Shown here piece after piece: positions 47,292 to 57,287 of a stretch of 64,000 bases of DNA (the first letter of the stretch is position 1; each line of letters begins with the position of its first letter). The notes beneath the pieces are model-generated. The model saw only the letters and a program-made list of their open reading frames with translations. It was not told where the DNA came from and searched no databases. This stretch comes from a virus, in IMG/VR virus record IMGVR_UViG_3300029286_000012; one strand, 5' to 3'. Made by a program: the position numbers and the translations under genes.

Positions 47292-50048
47292 ATGGCCATT
47301 ATACAGATATCGAAAATCCAACAGCGTTCAGGTAACCTTGTAGACCTGCCACAATTAGATGAAGCGCAATTTGGCTTTGCACAAGATGCTAGCCGACTAT
47401 TCATTGGTAAAACTACTGGCACTCCCGAAAACATTGAAGTACTTACTAGCTACTCAGAGATTAGTTTTAGTCAAGTACAAGGTAGTGGCAATAGTAATGT
47501 TAATATAACTGCAAACACATTGCAACCTGGACAAATATTAGGATATGATAGTGTTACTGGTTCGTGGGTAAATACAGGTGGTAATGCTAACTCTCCGGGA
47601 AATACGGCAGCATATACAGGTATACCGGTACATTTAGGTAGCGTTAGTAATGTTAAAATTGGCGGAGGTGCGATTGGATATGTATTAACAACAGATGGTT
47701 CTGGTACCTTATCTTGGAGCCCTAAGACTACTGTAGTTGCAAATATTATAGCTATATCAAATGCTAGCCCTGCAATAATGACGTTTAATCCTAACAATGT
47801 TAGTTATGTAAGTGGTACAGCAATTACAATTTTAGGTGTTAACGGTAATGCTAATAGTGAAATCAACGGTGAAACTTTATATGTTAAAGTAGCTAACAAT
47901 TTTGGTACTACTGGTAATGTAAGTTTATATACCGATGACACACTCGCTAACGCATTCAATGGCGCAAATTTAACATACACTAATTCTCCAAATGCTACTG
48001 CAACCAGTTCGTTTGGAACCGGTGGAAGCTCACCGGCAGCTGGAGTAGACGGATCTATTCAATATAATGTCAGTGGTGTATTAACTGGTTCTGCTTTATT
48101 AAAATATGCAAACGGTAATGTAGAAATAGCTAATAGTAGTGTTGTAGTATCAAATGGTAATGTATCAGCTAATTTATTAACTGGCACATTGACGACAGCA
48201 TCACAACCAAATATCACAAGTACAGGTACTCTTGCTGGTTTAGTTGTTGCAGGTAATATCACACCAAGCACAGACATAACATACAATTTAGGTAATAACA
48301 CAAATAGATTTAATGATTTGTATTTGGCTAACAGTACAATATACATTGGTACTCAAACAATTAGTGCCAATGCAACTAACGTTATTATTTCAGGTACACT
48401 AACAGCAAACATATCTGGAAATATATCAGGTAATGCCACAACAGCAGGCACAGTAACAACTAATGCTCAACCTAACATCACAAGCGTTGGTATATTAAGT
48501 AGTTTATCAGTTAGCGGTAACATTACTACTGGTAACTTAGATGGTGCAAATAGTATTACAGCTAACTACTTTATAGGTAGTGGTAACAATTTAAGTAATA
48601 TACAAGGTGCCAATGTAACCGGTGCAGTCAGTTATGCTTCAACTGCAAATAGTGTAGCACTTGCAAATGTTTCTGGTGCAGGCAACATTGCATCTATTAA
48701 CTTAGACGGCAGTACAAGCAATATATTGTATGGTAACGGTGTATTTGCTCCAGCTGCCGCAACGTATGGCAATAGTGATGTAGCAACATTCTTAGCAAGT
48801 TATGGTAGTAACACAATTACTACAACCGGTAATGTAAGTGTAGGTAATATCATAGGTAATGGTCAAGCACTAACTGGCATTGCTGGTGCTAATGTATCGG
48901 GTTTTGTACCCAACGCCAATGTTGCTAATACAGCATTTGCAGTAGCAGCCGCTAATGTTTCTGGCTTAGGTAATATCGCAACTGCAAACTTAGATGGTAG
49001 CAATAGCAATGTATTATATGGTAATGGTGTATTTGCTCCGGCAGCCGTATCATATGGGAACAGTAATGTTGCTACGTTCTTGGCAAGTTTTGGATCTAAT
49101 ACTATTACTACTACTGGTACTGCTAACGTAGGTAATCTATTATCATTGGGTACAATTGGTGGTAATGTAGGCGGCAATGCCGTATTCTTAGGTGATGGTG
49201 GTTTATTAAGTAATATCAATATAGCCGCCGGCTCAAGTATTGTTAATGGTAACAGTAATGTTTCAGTTGGTGCAAATAGTAATGTAGTCATTAGTGTGTC
49301 AGGAACACCTAACGTTGTTGTTGTGACTAACACCCTTGCCAATATTACAGGAAATTTATCGGTTAGCGGTAATATTACTGCAGGTAATATATCTGCAACT
49401 TTGTTTACTGGCAATGTTAGTGGTAATGTCACTGGCAATGTTAGTGGTAGTGCAACTACAGCCGGTATTGTAACAACTAATGCACAGCCCAATATTACAA
49501 GCATAGGTACCTTAACAAGCCTAAGTGTTTCAGGTAATGCTAATGTAGGTAATTTAAATACAGCAAATGCAGGCATAATTGGTGGTAGTAATGTAACATT
49601 TACTACTGGATCAAATACTAATCCAGGAACATTTACTGGTAACTTCTCATTAAGTGCAGGATCAAGACTTAATGCGACATATGCTGACTTAGCAGAATAT
49701 TATGAGGCAGATGCTGTATATGAGCCGGGAACTGTTTTAGCTTTTGGCGGAGATAAAGAAGTTACACTTGCACAAGATGGAACAAATAAAGTAGCAGGTG
49801 TAGTATCTACTGATCCAGCATATGTTATGAATATGAAATGCCAAGGTGAACATATAGTAGCGTTAGCTCTACAAGGTCGTGTACCAACTAAAGTTCGTGG
49901 AACAATAAGTAAAGGTGATATGTTAGTGTCAGGTGGTGATGGTTATGCTAGACCAGCAAACAATCCTGGTATGGGAACAGTTATAGGTAAATCATTAGCA
50001 AACTTTACCGGCGAAGGTATAATAGAGGTCGCCGTAGGCAGACTATAA
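47292..50048 (+). CDS. tail fibre/whisker-like protein with C-terminal intramolecular-chaperone-like domain
   Basis: Mtd_N-like N-terminus (LPQL...FG...RLFIG); N/G/T/S-rich repeats (QPNITS x3); YADLAEYY..D and ALQGRVP.KV.G. Confidence 0.8.
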   Translation: MAIIQISKIQQRSGNLVDLPQLDEAQFGFAQDASRLFIGKTTGTPENIEVLTSYSEISFSQVQGSGNSNVNITANTLQPGQILGYDSVTGSWVNTGGNANSPGNTAAYTGIPVHLGSVSNVKIGGGAIGYVLTTDGSGTLSWSPKTTVVANIIAISNASPAIMTFNPNNVSYVSGTAITILGVNGNANSEINGETLYVKVANNFGTTGNVSLYTDDTLANAFNGANLTYTNSPNATATSSFGTGGSSPAAGVDGSIQYNVSGVLTGSALLKYANGNVEIANSSVVVSNGNVSANLLTGTLTTASQPNITSTGTLAGLVVAGNITPSTDITYNLGNNTNRFNDLYLANSTIYIGTQTISANATNVIISGTLTANISGNISGNATTAGTVTTNAQPNITSVGILSSLSVSGNITTGNLDGANSITANYFIGSGNNLSNIQGANVTGAVSYASTANSVALANVSGAGNIASINLDGSTSNILYGNGVFAPAAATYGNSDVATFLASYGSNTITTTGNVSVGNIIGNGQALTGIAGANVSGFVPNANVANTAFAVAAANVSGLGNIATANLDGSNSNVLYGNGVFAPAAVSYGNSNVATFLASFGSNTITTTGTANVGNLLSLGTIGGNVGGNAVFLGDGGLLSNINIAAGSSIVNGNSNVSVGANSNVVISVSGTPNVVVVTNTLANITGNLSVSGNITAGNISATLFTGNVSGNVTGNVSGSATTAGIVTTNAQPNITSIGTLTSLSVSGNANVGNLNTANAGIIGGSNVTFTTGSNTNPGTFTGNFSLSAGSRLNATYADLAEYYEADAVYEPGTVLAFGGDKEVTLAQDGTNKVAGVVSTDPAYVMNMKCQGEHIVALALQGRVPTKVRGTISKGDMLVSGGDGYARPANNPGMGTVIGKSLANFTGEGIIEVAVGRL

Positions 50049-50075
50049 GAATAAATAAGATATAGGAATTAAAAA

Positions 50076-50627
50076 ATGGCATCATACGCATATACAGCAA
50101 ACAGCGCAACAGCGGCAGCATCCGCAAATATTGCGACGGATAAGATTAGAATAGCTACTTCTAACGTAGCTATTCAATACACCACTAGTTTTCCAAACGT
50201 TGCATTAACTGGCACTGTAACTTGCGCTACTAACAGCACAACTGTCACTGGTTCAGGAACAGCATTCAGTACTGAATTAGCAATAGGCAGTTGGATAGGT
50301 AATACTGCAGGCGCAAATGTGGGTATCGTTGCATCTATTGCGAATAACACAAGTTTAACATTGACAGCGAATGCCGCAGTAGCAATCAGCGGCGCAACAG
50401 CAAGATATAATCCATACGGAGTTCCTTATACTATAGCTACTGCAAATAGTGAAATGATTCCTCCTAATACTGTTAATAATAGTATTATAGTTGGACAAGG
50501 TAATATAGTGTCTTATCTAACTGTAGACGGAGCCAATAGTTTGTTTACTATAACTGAGTTGGGCGCACCTCATCCTAATACAGGAACAAGCGGTTATAAC
50601 AGCCCAACTGGTAGCTTTACTGGTTAA
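50076..50627 (+). CDS. virion structural protein
   Basis: late box, AGGA SD; TVTGSGTAF motif; A/T/N-rich. Confidence 0.65.
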   Translation: MASYAYTANSATAAASANIATDKIRIATSNVAIQYTTSFPNVALTGTVTCATNSTTVTGSGTAFSTELAIGSWIGNTAGANVGIVASIANNTSLTLTANAAVAISGATARYNPYGVPYTIATANSEMIPPNTVNNSIIVGQGNIVSYLTVDGANSLFTITELGAPHPNTGTSGYNSPTGSFTG

Positions 50628-50657
50628 TTTTACTCTTTTTTGATAAATACATCATAC

Positions 50658-50713
50658 ACTCTCATTCGGAGGGTTTATGCAGTAACCCACTGCGTAGCGG
50701 CTAGAACCCGCTA
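50658..50713 (+). promoter_or_regulatory. structured 5' leader (three hairpins)
   Basis: stems 50658-74, 50676-96 and 50695-713 downstream of late box 50642-49. Confidence 0.65.
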
Positions 50714-50734
50714 ATTTTATCAAAGGAAAAACAA

Positions 50735-52114
50735 ATGGGACGTCCTCTAAAAATCGCAAAGGCGCAAGCCATATTAACAATTACAGATACAACAGCGGCA
50801 ACAGGTGCTGTTACTGTAACTGAAAGTCTAACAACAACCGGTGTTATCGCAGGTATGCCATTCGTAATAGCATCAAGTGTTGGTAATCTACTTACTGCAA
50901 CAACATACTATATATTAACAGTTATTGATGCAAACAACTTTACAGTGTCAGCCACTGACTTAAGCGCAAACACAACTCGCACAGCAGTTACATTGGCTGA
51001 CACTACTGGTCAATCAGTAGCAATGTCAGTTGGTGTAGTTGATGCATATTTCAACAACCCTGAAGGTGGTGCCGGCTTCCCTGCAACTAACGCTAATACA
51101 TATGGTGTAGTTGGTGGCAACACAGGAATATATGGTTCACAGGTTCTACCACGTGTAGCTATCGGTATCTCTGGTACAGGTATATTGTATGCTGCCACTG
51201 ATACTGCATATGTAACCGGTATTGGTACTGACTTAACAAACACATTAAGTGTGGGTTCTGTAATTCAAGTTGCAAGTGCAAACGTTAATGGTACAACGAC
51301 TGATTATACTACTCTAGGTTTTGCAAACACAGTGCCTGGCTTAACGACTGTTGCTGTTGCTAACACACAAAATACAGGTAACATCATTGGTACTTCAGGT
51401 AATGCTCAAACGTTATTAGCTAATGGAACAGTAAGATTTACTGCTAATTTGGGTGGTCTAGTTTCTGGTCAAGTTTATTTTGTTAAAGCAATAGCAAATG
51501 CGGCTGCATTCACTGTTTCTACAACATTGGGTGGTGCTGAAGTTGACTTGTCAAGTGCTACTGGTACACCAGACGCACAACAAGATGTAGTTGAATTAGT
51601 TGCAAATGCGGCAGTGGCTGCTTCAGGATCTGCATTCATCTATGCAGATGACGAAGCTGGTTTCATTGTTCGTCAAAAAGGTAAGACAAAGTATCTTGTA
51701 CAAGGTGGTACAACTGGTTTAATTGCACAATGCTATACAGCAAACGTTGCTAACACAGCATTGACACCAAACACAATGAACATCTTGTCTACTGATGCAG
51801 CCTCTGGTACAGCATATGTTTCAAGTGTAAATGATTATAACACTGAAGTGTTCCCAACGCAAGTTGATGCCGCTTCACTAAGTGTAGGTACATTGTATAC
51901 AATTTATAGTAGTGGTACAACAGATTGGTCAGTATGCGGTGCGGCATCTAATATGACAGGCGTTACATTCCTTGCTACAGCCGCAGGAACCGGTACAGGT
52001 ACTGCTGTTGTTAATAGTGTTAACCCTGATGTTATTGCTACATTCAACACAGCATACGCCGCTAATACATATGAAGGTCAGCCTAACCCAATTGTGGTTA
52101 TTGCTAGTGCTTAA
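50735..52114 (+). CDS. virion structural protein
   Basis: MGRPLK start, T/A/G-rich beta repeats, FIVRQKG..KYLV. Confidence 0.7.
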   Translation: MGRPLKIAKAQAILTITDTTAATGAVTVTESLTTTGVIAGMPFVIASSVGNLLTATTYYILTVIDANNFTVSATDLSANTTRTAVTLADTTGQSVAMSVGVVDAYFNNPEGGAGFPATNANTYGVVGGNTGIYGSQVLPRVAIGISGTGILYAATDTAYVTGIGTDLTNTLSVGSVIQVASANVNGTTTDYTTLGFANTVPGLTTVAVANTQNTGNIIGTSGNAQTLLANGTVRFTANLGGLVSGQVYFVKAIANAAAFTVSTTLGGAEVDLSSATGTPDAQQDVVELVANAAVAASGSAFIYADDEAGFIVRQKGKTKYLVQGGTTGLIAQCYTANVANTALTPNTMNILSTDAASGTAYVSSVNDYNTEVFPTQVDAASLSVGTLYTIYSSGTTDWSVCGAASNMTGVTFLATAAGTGTGTAVVNSVNPDVIATFNTAYAANTYEGQPNPIVVIASA

Positions 52115-52116
52115 TT

Positions 52117-52428
52117 ATGGTAACTAGTAGGACAATCAAAATGCCAAAAACTGAAACAGAAGTAGCAATACTTCAGGTACAGGTTCAAAACATTACCGAT
52201 GATATCAGTGAAATAAAAGCTGATATCAAAGACATTCACCTTGAAATGGTTAAAAACAACGATGATACCAAGGTGATGCTAAAAGGTATGAAGGACGCTA
52301 GTTCTAATGCACATCAGGCAATGTCTGACAAAATCTCTGCGCTTGAAAAATGGCGCTGGATGATGATGGGGGCAGGTGTTGTAATAGGATCATTGGGATT
52401 TGATACGATAGCAAAATTGCTAAAATAA
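52117..52428 (+). CDS. coiled-coil protein with C-terminal TM helix (holin/XhlA-like)
   Basis: heptads followed by LEKWRWMMMGAGVVIG. Confidence 0.5.
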   Translation: MVTSRTIKMPKTETEVAILQVQVQNITDDISEIKADIKDIHLEMVKNNDDTKVMLKGMKDASSNAHQAMSDKISALEKWRWMMMGAGVVIGSLGFDTIAKLLK

Positions 52429-52454
52429 AAAAAGAGACTTAGGTCTCTTTTTTT
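52427..52454. terminator. bidirectional terminator between convergent genes
   Basis: A7-GAGAC-ttag-GTCTC-T7. Confidence 0.8.
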
Positions 52455-52855
52455 GTAAGTGCGTTTAATTTTTTCTGAACAACATCAAAGTTTACTGTAT
52501 TAAATAATCCCGGATGTAATGGTTTGGGATATTGTTTGTTTCCTACCCAAGCATAACCACAATGCTCATCATTTAATACAGGGGTAAATTCATCAGTTAC
52601 TTTACAAAAGAATGTATGATATGTAAATGTATTATTGACAAACTTCTGAATGGGTACAAGTTTAGCGTGTTCGGGAAAGTAATTTACTTCTTCCATACAT
52701 TCACGCTGTAAACCTTCAAGTAACGTTTCACCAGTTTCTATTTTACCACCGGGTATACCCCAGTTACCTGGATTCTTATTGTCATTACGTAGCAGGTATA
52801 GGAAACGTTTTGTATTTTCAGAATAGAAAAAGATACCTGCGGAAATATTGTTCAT
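52439..52855 (-). CDS. NUDIX hydrolase
   Basis: PGGKIETGETLLEGLQRECMEE Nudix box; EHCGYAW. Confidence 0.9.
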   Translation of the reverse strand: MNNISAGIFFYSENTKRFLYLLRNDNKNPGNWGIPGGKIETGETLLEGLQRECMEEVNYFPEHAKLVPIQKFVNNTFTYHTFFCKVTDEFTPVLNDEHCGYAWVGNKQYPKPLHPGLFNTVNFDVVQKKLNALTKKET

Positions 52856-52874
52856 ACTATGATTTATCACAGTA

Positions 52875-54251
52875 TTAGATGACGATAGAATAATCCCCTT
52901 GGTTGTACCAACCTTCATATGACTTCATCCAAACGTTGTTGATATAATCAAATCTATACTGCAAATCAGTAGTAAGATTGGTTACGTATTCTACTGTAGT
53001 AGCAGATTGACTATCAAATGATACAAACCATTCACCTGATGTTGCGTCAAACTCAACAATGTCATTTGCATTTGCAATCAATGCTCCCCAAGCAATAGTA
53101 GTATTACCCGGACTACCCACATCTTCTACAATAAGATATCTACGACCGTTGATTGGTCCTGGCAGTCCTGCGTTTGGTCCAGTGACTAGTGGGTTAACCA
53201 CGCTGTCTACAGGATCCAATGTGTTTTGTGGCAGGGTGTCAGTATCAATATCATATATTAACAATCTATCATCTGTTGGGTCAGGAACAATAGTACCAAC
53301 AATGTCGGTAGTCATAAATGGATTTTGTAACCATATTTGACTGATACCGGGACGTAATGTACCGTATACGTTTAACAATGCGGTCCAATATAAACTTGTA
53401 TCTGGTGGAGGTGGATATTCTAAACTCTCATTACTTGGATAGAATGCTTCATCTGCAGGTAGTAATTGTAATCTATTACCAATCAGTAACAACTTATATC
53501 CATATGGTGTAATCTTTTGTCGAGTACCTAACAACAAATCATCATCTTGAATATCTTGTAATGCTTGACCTTTAAAGATACTAGCAATAACTTTTTCGAT
53601 AACGCCCATCTTTTTAAGTTTAGCGGCATTACTTAGCCATATAGGCATATAAAACTTCCAACTTAATACATCAATGGGATTACCTGTACCTTGTGGGATA
53701 CTACGGCTGGTAAATGTTATACCATCTTGGTAAACAACACTTAAACTAGTCCAATCAATAAAGTTATCAGTACTTTGTATCTCTAATGAAGGATTGAATA
53801 ATGTTCCCAATTGCTCTATTAGTTCTAATTTTTGTTGGTAGTTAGTAGTCCAGAAGTCAACATTAATACGTAATGTATAGGGTACAGGCATCAATCGTTC
53901 AATCGTAAATGCTTGACCTTGAACTTGCTCATATTGTTGTGTTTCAGTATTATAACTACGTTGTCTAACCTGCATCTTGTCAATGAATGTAGGATCTTGT
54001 GTACGTTTTTGGTCGTACTCTAATGCACTGATATAATATGTAATCAATGGCGCACTTGGTAAGTTACTTGCACTATTGTTAGCAATGATAGTACTTGCTT
54101 GTCTACTACTATCACCATACATAATAGGTACACGAACAAATATTTCATTACCTGCAGGGTCTTTACCTTTAGTAACTTCCCAGTTACTGAATATTTTTGC
54201 AAACTGTATTAAAAATCTGCGTATCTGATTGTCATAGAAAAAGGCTGCCAT
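52875..54251 (-). CDS. tail completion/sheath terminator (T4 gp15-like), extended
   Basis: FFYD.QIRRFLIQF..IFS, VPI.YG, PVPY.L, QKLELIEQ. Confidence 0.75.
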   Translation of the reverse strand: MAAFFYDNQIRRFLIQFAKIFSNWEVTKGKDPAGNEIFVRVPIMYGDSSRQASTIIANNSASNLPSAPLITYYISALEYDQKRTQDPTFIDKMQVRQRSYNTETQQYEQVQGQAFTIERLMPVPYTLRINVDFWTTNYQQKLELIEQLGTLFNPSLEIQSTDNFIDWTSLSVVYQDGITFTSRSIPQGTGNPIDVLSWKFYMPIWLSNAAKLKKMGVIEKVIASIFKGQALQDIQDDDLLLGTRQKITPYGYKLLLIGNRLQLLPADEAFYPSNESLEYPPPPDTSLYWTALLNVYGTLRPGISQIWLQNPFMTTDIVGTIVPDPTDDRLLIYDIDTDTLPQNTLDPVDSVVNPLVTGPNAGLPGPINGRRYLIVEDVGSPGNTTIAWGALIANANDIVEFDATSGEWFVSFDSQSATTVEYVTNLTTDLQYRFDYINNVWMKSYEGWYNQGDYSIVI

Positions 54252-54261
54252 AAGTTATTCT

Positions 54262-55968
54262 TTAAGGTGTTGGTGGAATTGAATCCGGGGCTATTGTAAG
54301 TATTGTACTTAATGCTTGTTTCTGAGTAGTAGTGGTACCATCTGTCAATACCGTTACATTACTATTATTTATGAAACTAGATTGTTGTGACAAATCTCCT
54401 GCAGTCATACCAGTTTGAGTCCTTACATTTTCTGATATTCTTACCCATAGACGACCATCCCAGCGATATAATAATTGCGGTAAGTAATCAATACGTAAGA
54501 AGTAATCACCCACTGCAGGATTTTGCGGGAATGCAATACCTGCACCAGTTGGGAAACCGTTAGGAGCAGTACCGTCACCGTCTAAGTAACCAGTTGTGTA
54601 ACCAAATGTTCGCGGGCTACTACGTGCAATGAACTGGAATCTAGGATCACTATCTGCACGATAGTCCATAGTATTTGGACCGTATGGTTCAGTACCAGTA
54701 AAGTTTGGAGCCTCTGGATTTTGGTCAGCAGTTGCGTATGTGTTATCAGCAGTACCATATGGACCTGTAATATTATAACCAATACTATCAACAGTTAATA
54801 CAGTATAACCAGATACTGGACCTGAACCAGAGTCGGTCAGTACAGGTAAAAGTGATGCAGTTCTTAACGAAAGTGTTGACCTAGGTGCAACTACACCACC
54901 ATCAACAGTCATGTCCCAAATAGACTGTGCTGAAGCTGCCGAAATTCTTAACACAGGACTAGCAGTTCTATACAATGAAGATTGTACCATTGAAACTGTA
55001 GCAACCGGTGGACCTGGATTAGGCACCACAACATTTATAGGTGGTGCAGGTTGATTGTATTTACCCGACAACTCTGTATTAGTTTCAAAGGTACCGTATG
55101 TAGGTACAATGTATAAGTTGTTTCTATCATAACCTGATTTAGGTACAAGTCGTGCAGCCTCTTGAAGTGCGGCATCATTAATAGCAATATTTTTATTATA
55201 CGTAGCAAGTATATCTTTAAGATTTGAAGCCGTATCTAACTCCCAATATGTTGTATTTGGTGGCATAGTGCCAGCCGGAACTTCTATTTTACTAATGTAA
55301 TTCTTATCACCAAATGTCATTACATAACCAGCTGGATATACTTTAGTGGGATCCCATAATCCTAAATAGTTATCTTGGTTAATCGGTTCTGCTAATATCT
55401 GACTAAATTCTTCACTATCAACTAATGGCTCACATTTAATACGCCACATATGTGGATACCAAGTTTGACTAAATCCCTCACTAGAAAAATTAGCATCAGT
55501 AATACTATAAAATCTTTTTAATGCTACCGGTATAGTTTCTGTTAATGGATTATAATCTAATAAGTGCGGTAATTCTAATACGTCACCTACCATTAGTTTC
55601 CGACCAACAATATCAATCATATCATTATAATGAACATTGATAAAGATAATATCGTTATTTAAAAACAATCCAAACTGACTTAAATCAAAGTCTAAATTCT
55701 GTACATTATAGTGGCCACGTAACCTATAAATGTTTGGATCATATGTTCTATCTCTATTTTCCAAGAATAATAAATCCTGAATATTGGTAGGATTTAAACT
55801 GTCATATTCTGGTTGAGTATAATCAATACTAGGTCCTTGATTAGTTGGACCTAAATATTTGTGAATGTATAAATCCGTGCCACCGACACGCAATTCTTCG
55901 GATATTGTTCTATCAAAGAACCGATAATCATTTTGTTTATTTGGGCGGTATAAGGATAACTTTGGCAT
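54262..55968 (-). CDS. neck/head-closure protein (T4 gp14-like), extended
   Basis: LSQFGLF, GRKLMVGDVLELPHL; adjacent to the gp15-like gene; late box 55974-81 (-). Confidence 0.65.
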   Translation of the reverse strand: MPKLSLYRPNKQNDYRFFDRTISEELRVGGTDLYIHKYLGPTNQGPSIDYTQPEYDSLNPTNIQDLLFLENRDRTYDPNIYRLRGHYNVQNLDFDLSQFGLFLNNDIIFINVHYNDMIDIVGRKLMVGDVLELPHLLDYNPLTETIPVALKRFYSITDANFSSEGFSQTWYPHMWRIKCEPLVDSEEFSQILAEPINQDNYLGLWDPTKVYPAGYVMTFGDKNYISKIEVPAGTMPPNTTYWELDTASNLKDILATYNKNIAINDAALQEAARLVPKSGYDRNNLYIVPTYGTFETNTELSGKYNQPAPPINVVVPNPGPPVATVSMVQSSLYRTASPVLRISAASAQSIWDMTVDGGVVAPRSTLSLRTASLLPVLTDSGSGPVSGYTVLTVDSIGYNITGPYGTADNTYATADQNPEAPNFTGTEPYGPNTMDYRADSDPRFQFIARSSPRTFGYTTGYLDGDGTAPNGFPTGAGIAFPQNPAVGDYFLRIDYLPQLLYRWDGRLWVRISENVRTQTGMTAGDLSQQSSFINNSNVTVLTDGTTTTQKQALSTILTIAPDSIPPTP

Positions 55969-56008
55969 AATAGTATTTATCGCAATGTCCTACGCTTGAA
56001 TCCTAAGG

Positions 56009-56037
56009 TTGACAATAAATATGGGTTGTGTTATAAT
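56009..56037 (+). promoter_or_regulatory. early promoter (TTGACAATAAAT class)
   Basis: TTGACA-17-TATAAT. Confidence 0.85.
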
Positions 56038-56063
56038 AATAAATCAATTCAAAGGAGTGCCTA

Positions 56064-57230
56064 ATGGCAACACGTAAGCGTAATACAGAGGACCATAGTC
56101 TAGTTAAAGCATTAAATCCACGTGATGTGGATGTACAACATTATGGAGATGAGCCGTTATTTGTACTACAACCGGATGAGGATAAACGCAGGGTTGCATT
56201 GATGCGTAGTTTTACTTGGTATCATCGTTTTTATGGGAAAAAAGATGCAAAAGAATTGCTTTCCCAATATTTAGAATTTCATAAACGTACCGATGATGCT
56301 AAAACAATGCGTAGGATTCACGAAAATGAATTTCTATTGACACTATGCTGGTTAGCACGTATGCAGTTACGTGGGCTAGAACTATCTGAACACGAGGAAC
56401 TGACACTTGGAAACGAAATCAATCGTTTGTTAAAGTTAGTACACAAACCAGAAGAAGAAAAAGTTGAAGTTGAAGCACCTGCTCGACCCAACATTCAAGA
56501 CATATTAAAAGAAAAAGCACGTGATGCCGCAGGTGAGCTTGAGGGATTGTTTGATGAATTCATCACATCCGGTGCACCTACAAAACATTCACTACGTCCA
56601 ATGGATGAAGTTGCTAAAAAGAATGTGATGCCACAACATATCAGTATTTTAACTGAAGTATGGAAAAAGAAATTGAATGAATTTGAAGAGGTAATTAAAG
56701 GAACTGATAGTCAATTGATTCAAGGTTACAATCATCTCAGTAAAATTCAATTAAAAAACATTGTTAAGTTTATTGAATTAGTTATCAATGACTTGAATAG
56801 TTATATCAGTGTTAAGAAGGCTGCAAAAGCTCCTAGGGCACGTAAAGCAGTACCTGTTGAGAAAATTGTATCTAAATTAAAGTATTTGAAAACATTTAAA
56901 GATACTGCAAATAAACTTGATTTAGTCAGTATTAGTCCTATCAAACTTCACGGTGCAAGTGAAGCGTGGGTATATGATAGTGCAAAACGCAAACTGCATC
57001 ACTATATCGCAGATGATTATAGCAAAGCATTTACGGTTAAAGGTAATACATTGCTAGGATTTGATACAGCAAAAAGTGAAGTTAAAACACTACGTAAACC
57101 TGCTGAACAATTAAAAGAAATTATGGGAAGTAAGCCGGCAGCTCGTAAATACTTTAACGACATTAAAGCAGTAGTTACTGCATCTAATGGCCGCTTTAAT
57201 GAGAATATGATTATACTAAAAGCGTTCTAA
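56064..57230 (+). CDS. conserved early hypothetical protein
   Basis: AGGAG SD; VKGNTLLGFD, KTLRKP, NGRFNE motifs. Confidence 0.75.
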   Translation: MATRKRNTEDHSLVKALNPRDVDVQHYGDEPLFVLQPDEDKRRVALMRSFTWYHRFYGKKDAKELLSQYLEFHKRTDDAKTMRRIHENEFLLTLCWLARMQLRGLELSEHEELTLGNEINRLLKLVHKPEEEKVEVEAPARPNIQDILKEKARDAAGELEGLFDEFITSGAPTKHSLRPMDEVAKKNVMPQHISILTEVWKKKLNEFEEVIKGTDSQLIQGYNHLSKIQLKNIVKFIELVINDLNSYISVKKAAKAPRARKAVPVEKIVSKLKYLKTFKDTANKLDLVSISPIKLHGASEAWVYDSAKRKLHHYIADDYSKAFTVKGNTLLGFDTAKSEVKTLRKPAEQLKEIMGSKPAARKYFNDIKAVVTASNGRFNENMIILKAF

Positions 57231-57250
57231 AACAGCGATATCTAAGGATC

Positions 57251-57287
57251 ATTAGTTTCCTGATAAATACAACATCAGGAAACTAAT
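57251..57287 (+). promoter_or_regulatory. late promoter embedded in an SD-sequestering hairpin
   Basis: perfect 14-bp inverted repeat ATTAGTTTCCTGAT/ATCAGGAAACTAAT overlapping GATAAATA. Confidence 0.85.

Noticed and set aside
48863-49576. 237-aa antisense ORF and other shadow ORFs in the track (e.g. 6402-6803, 6406-6828, 17067-17828, 27603-27929)
   Set aside because: They overlap well-supported genes, lack start signals and are explained by codon bias of the sense gene
47292-50048. Diversity-generating retroelement target (Mtd-like N-terminus)
   Set aside because: No reverse transcriptase and no adenine-specific TR/VR repeat pair seen in the window
50650-50734. tRNA or known riboswitch
   Set aside because: No cloverleaf, T-loop or CCA, and no aptamer consensus I recognise; kept only as an unassigned structured leader
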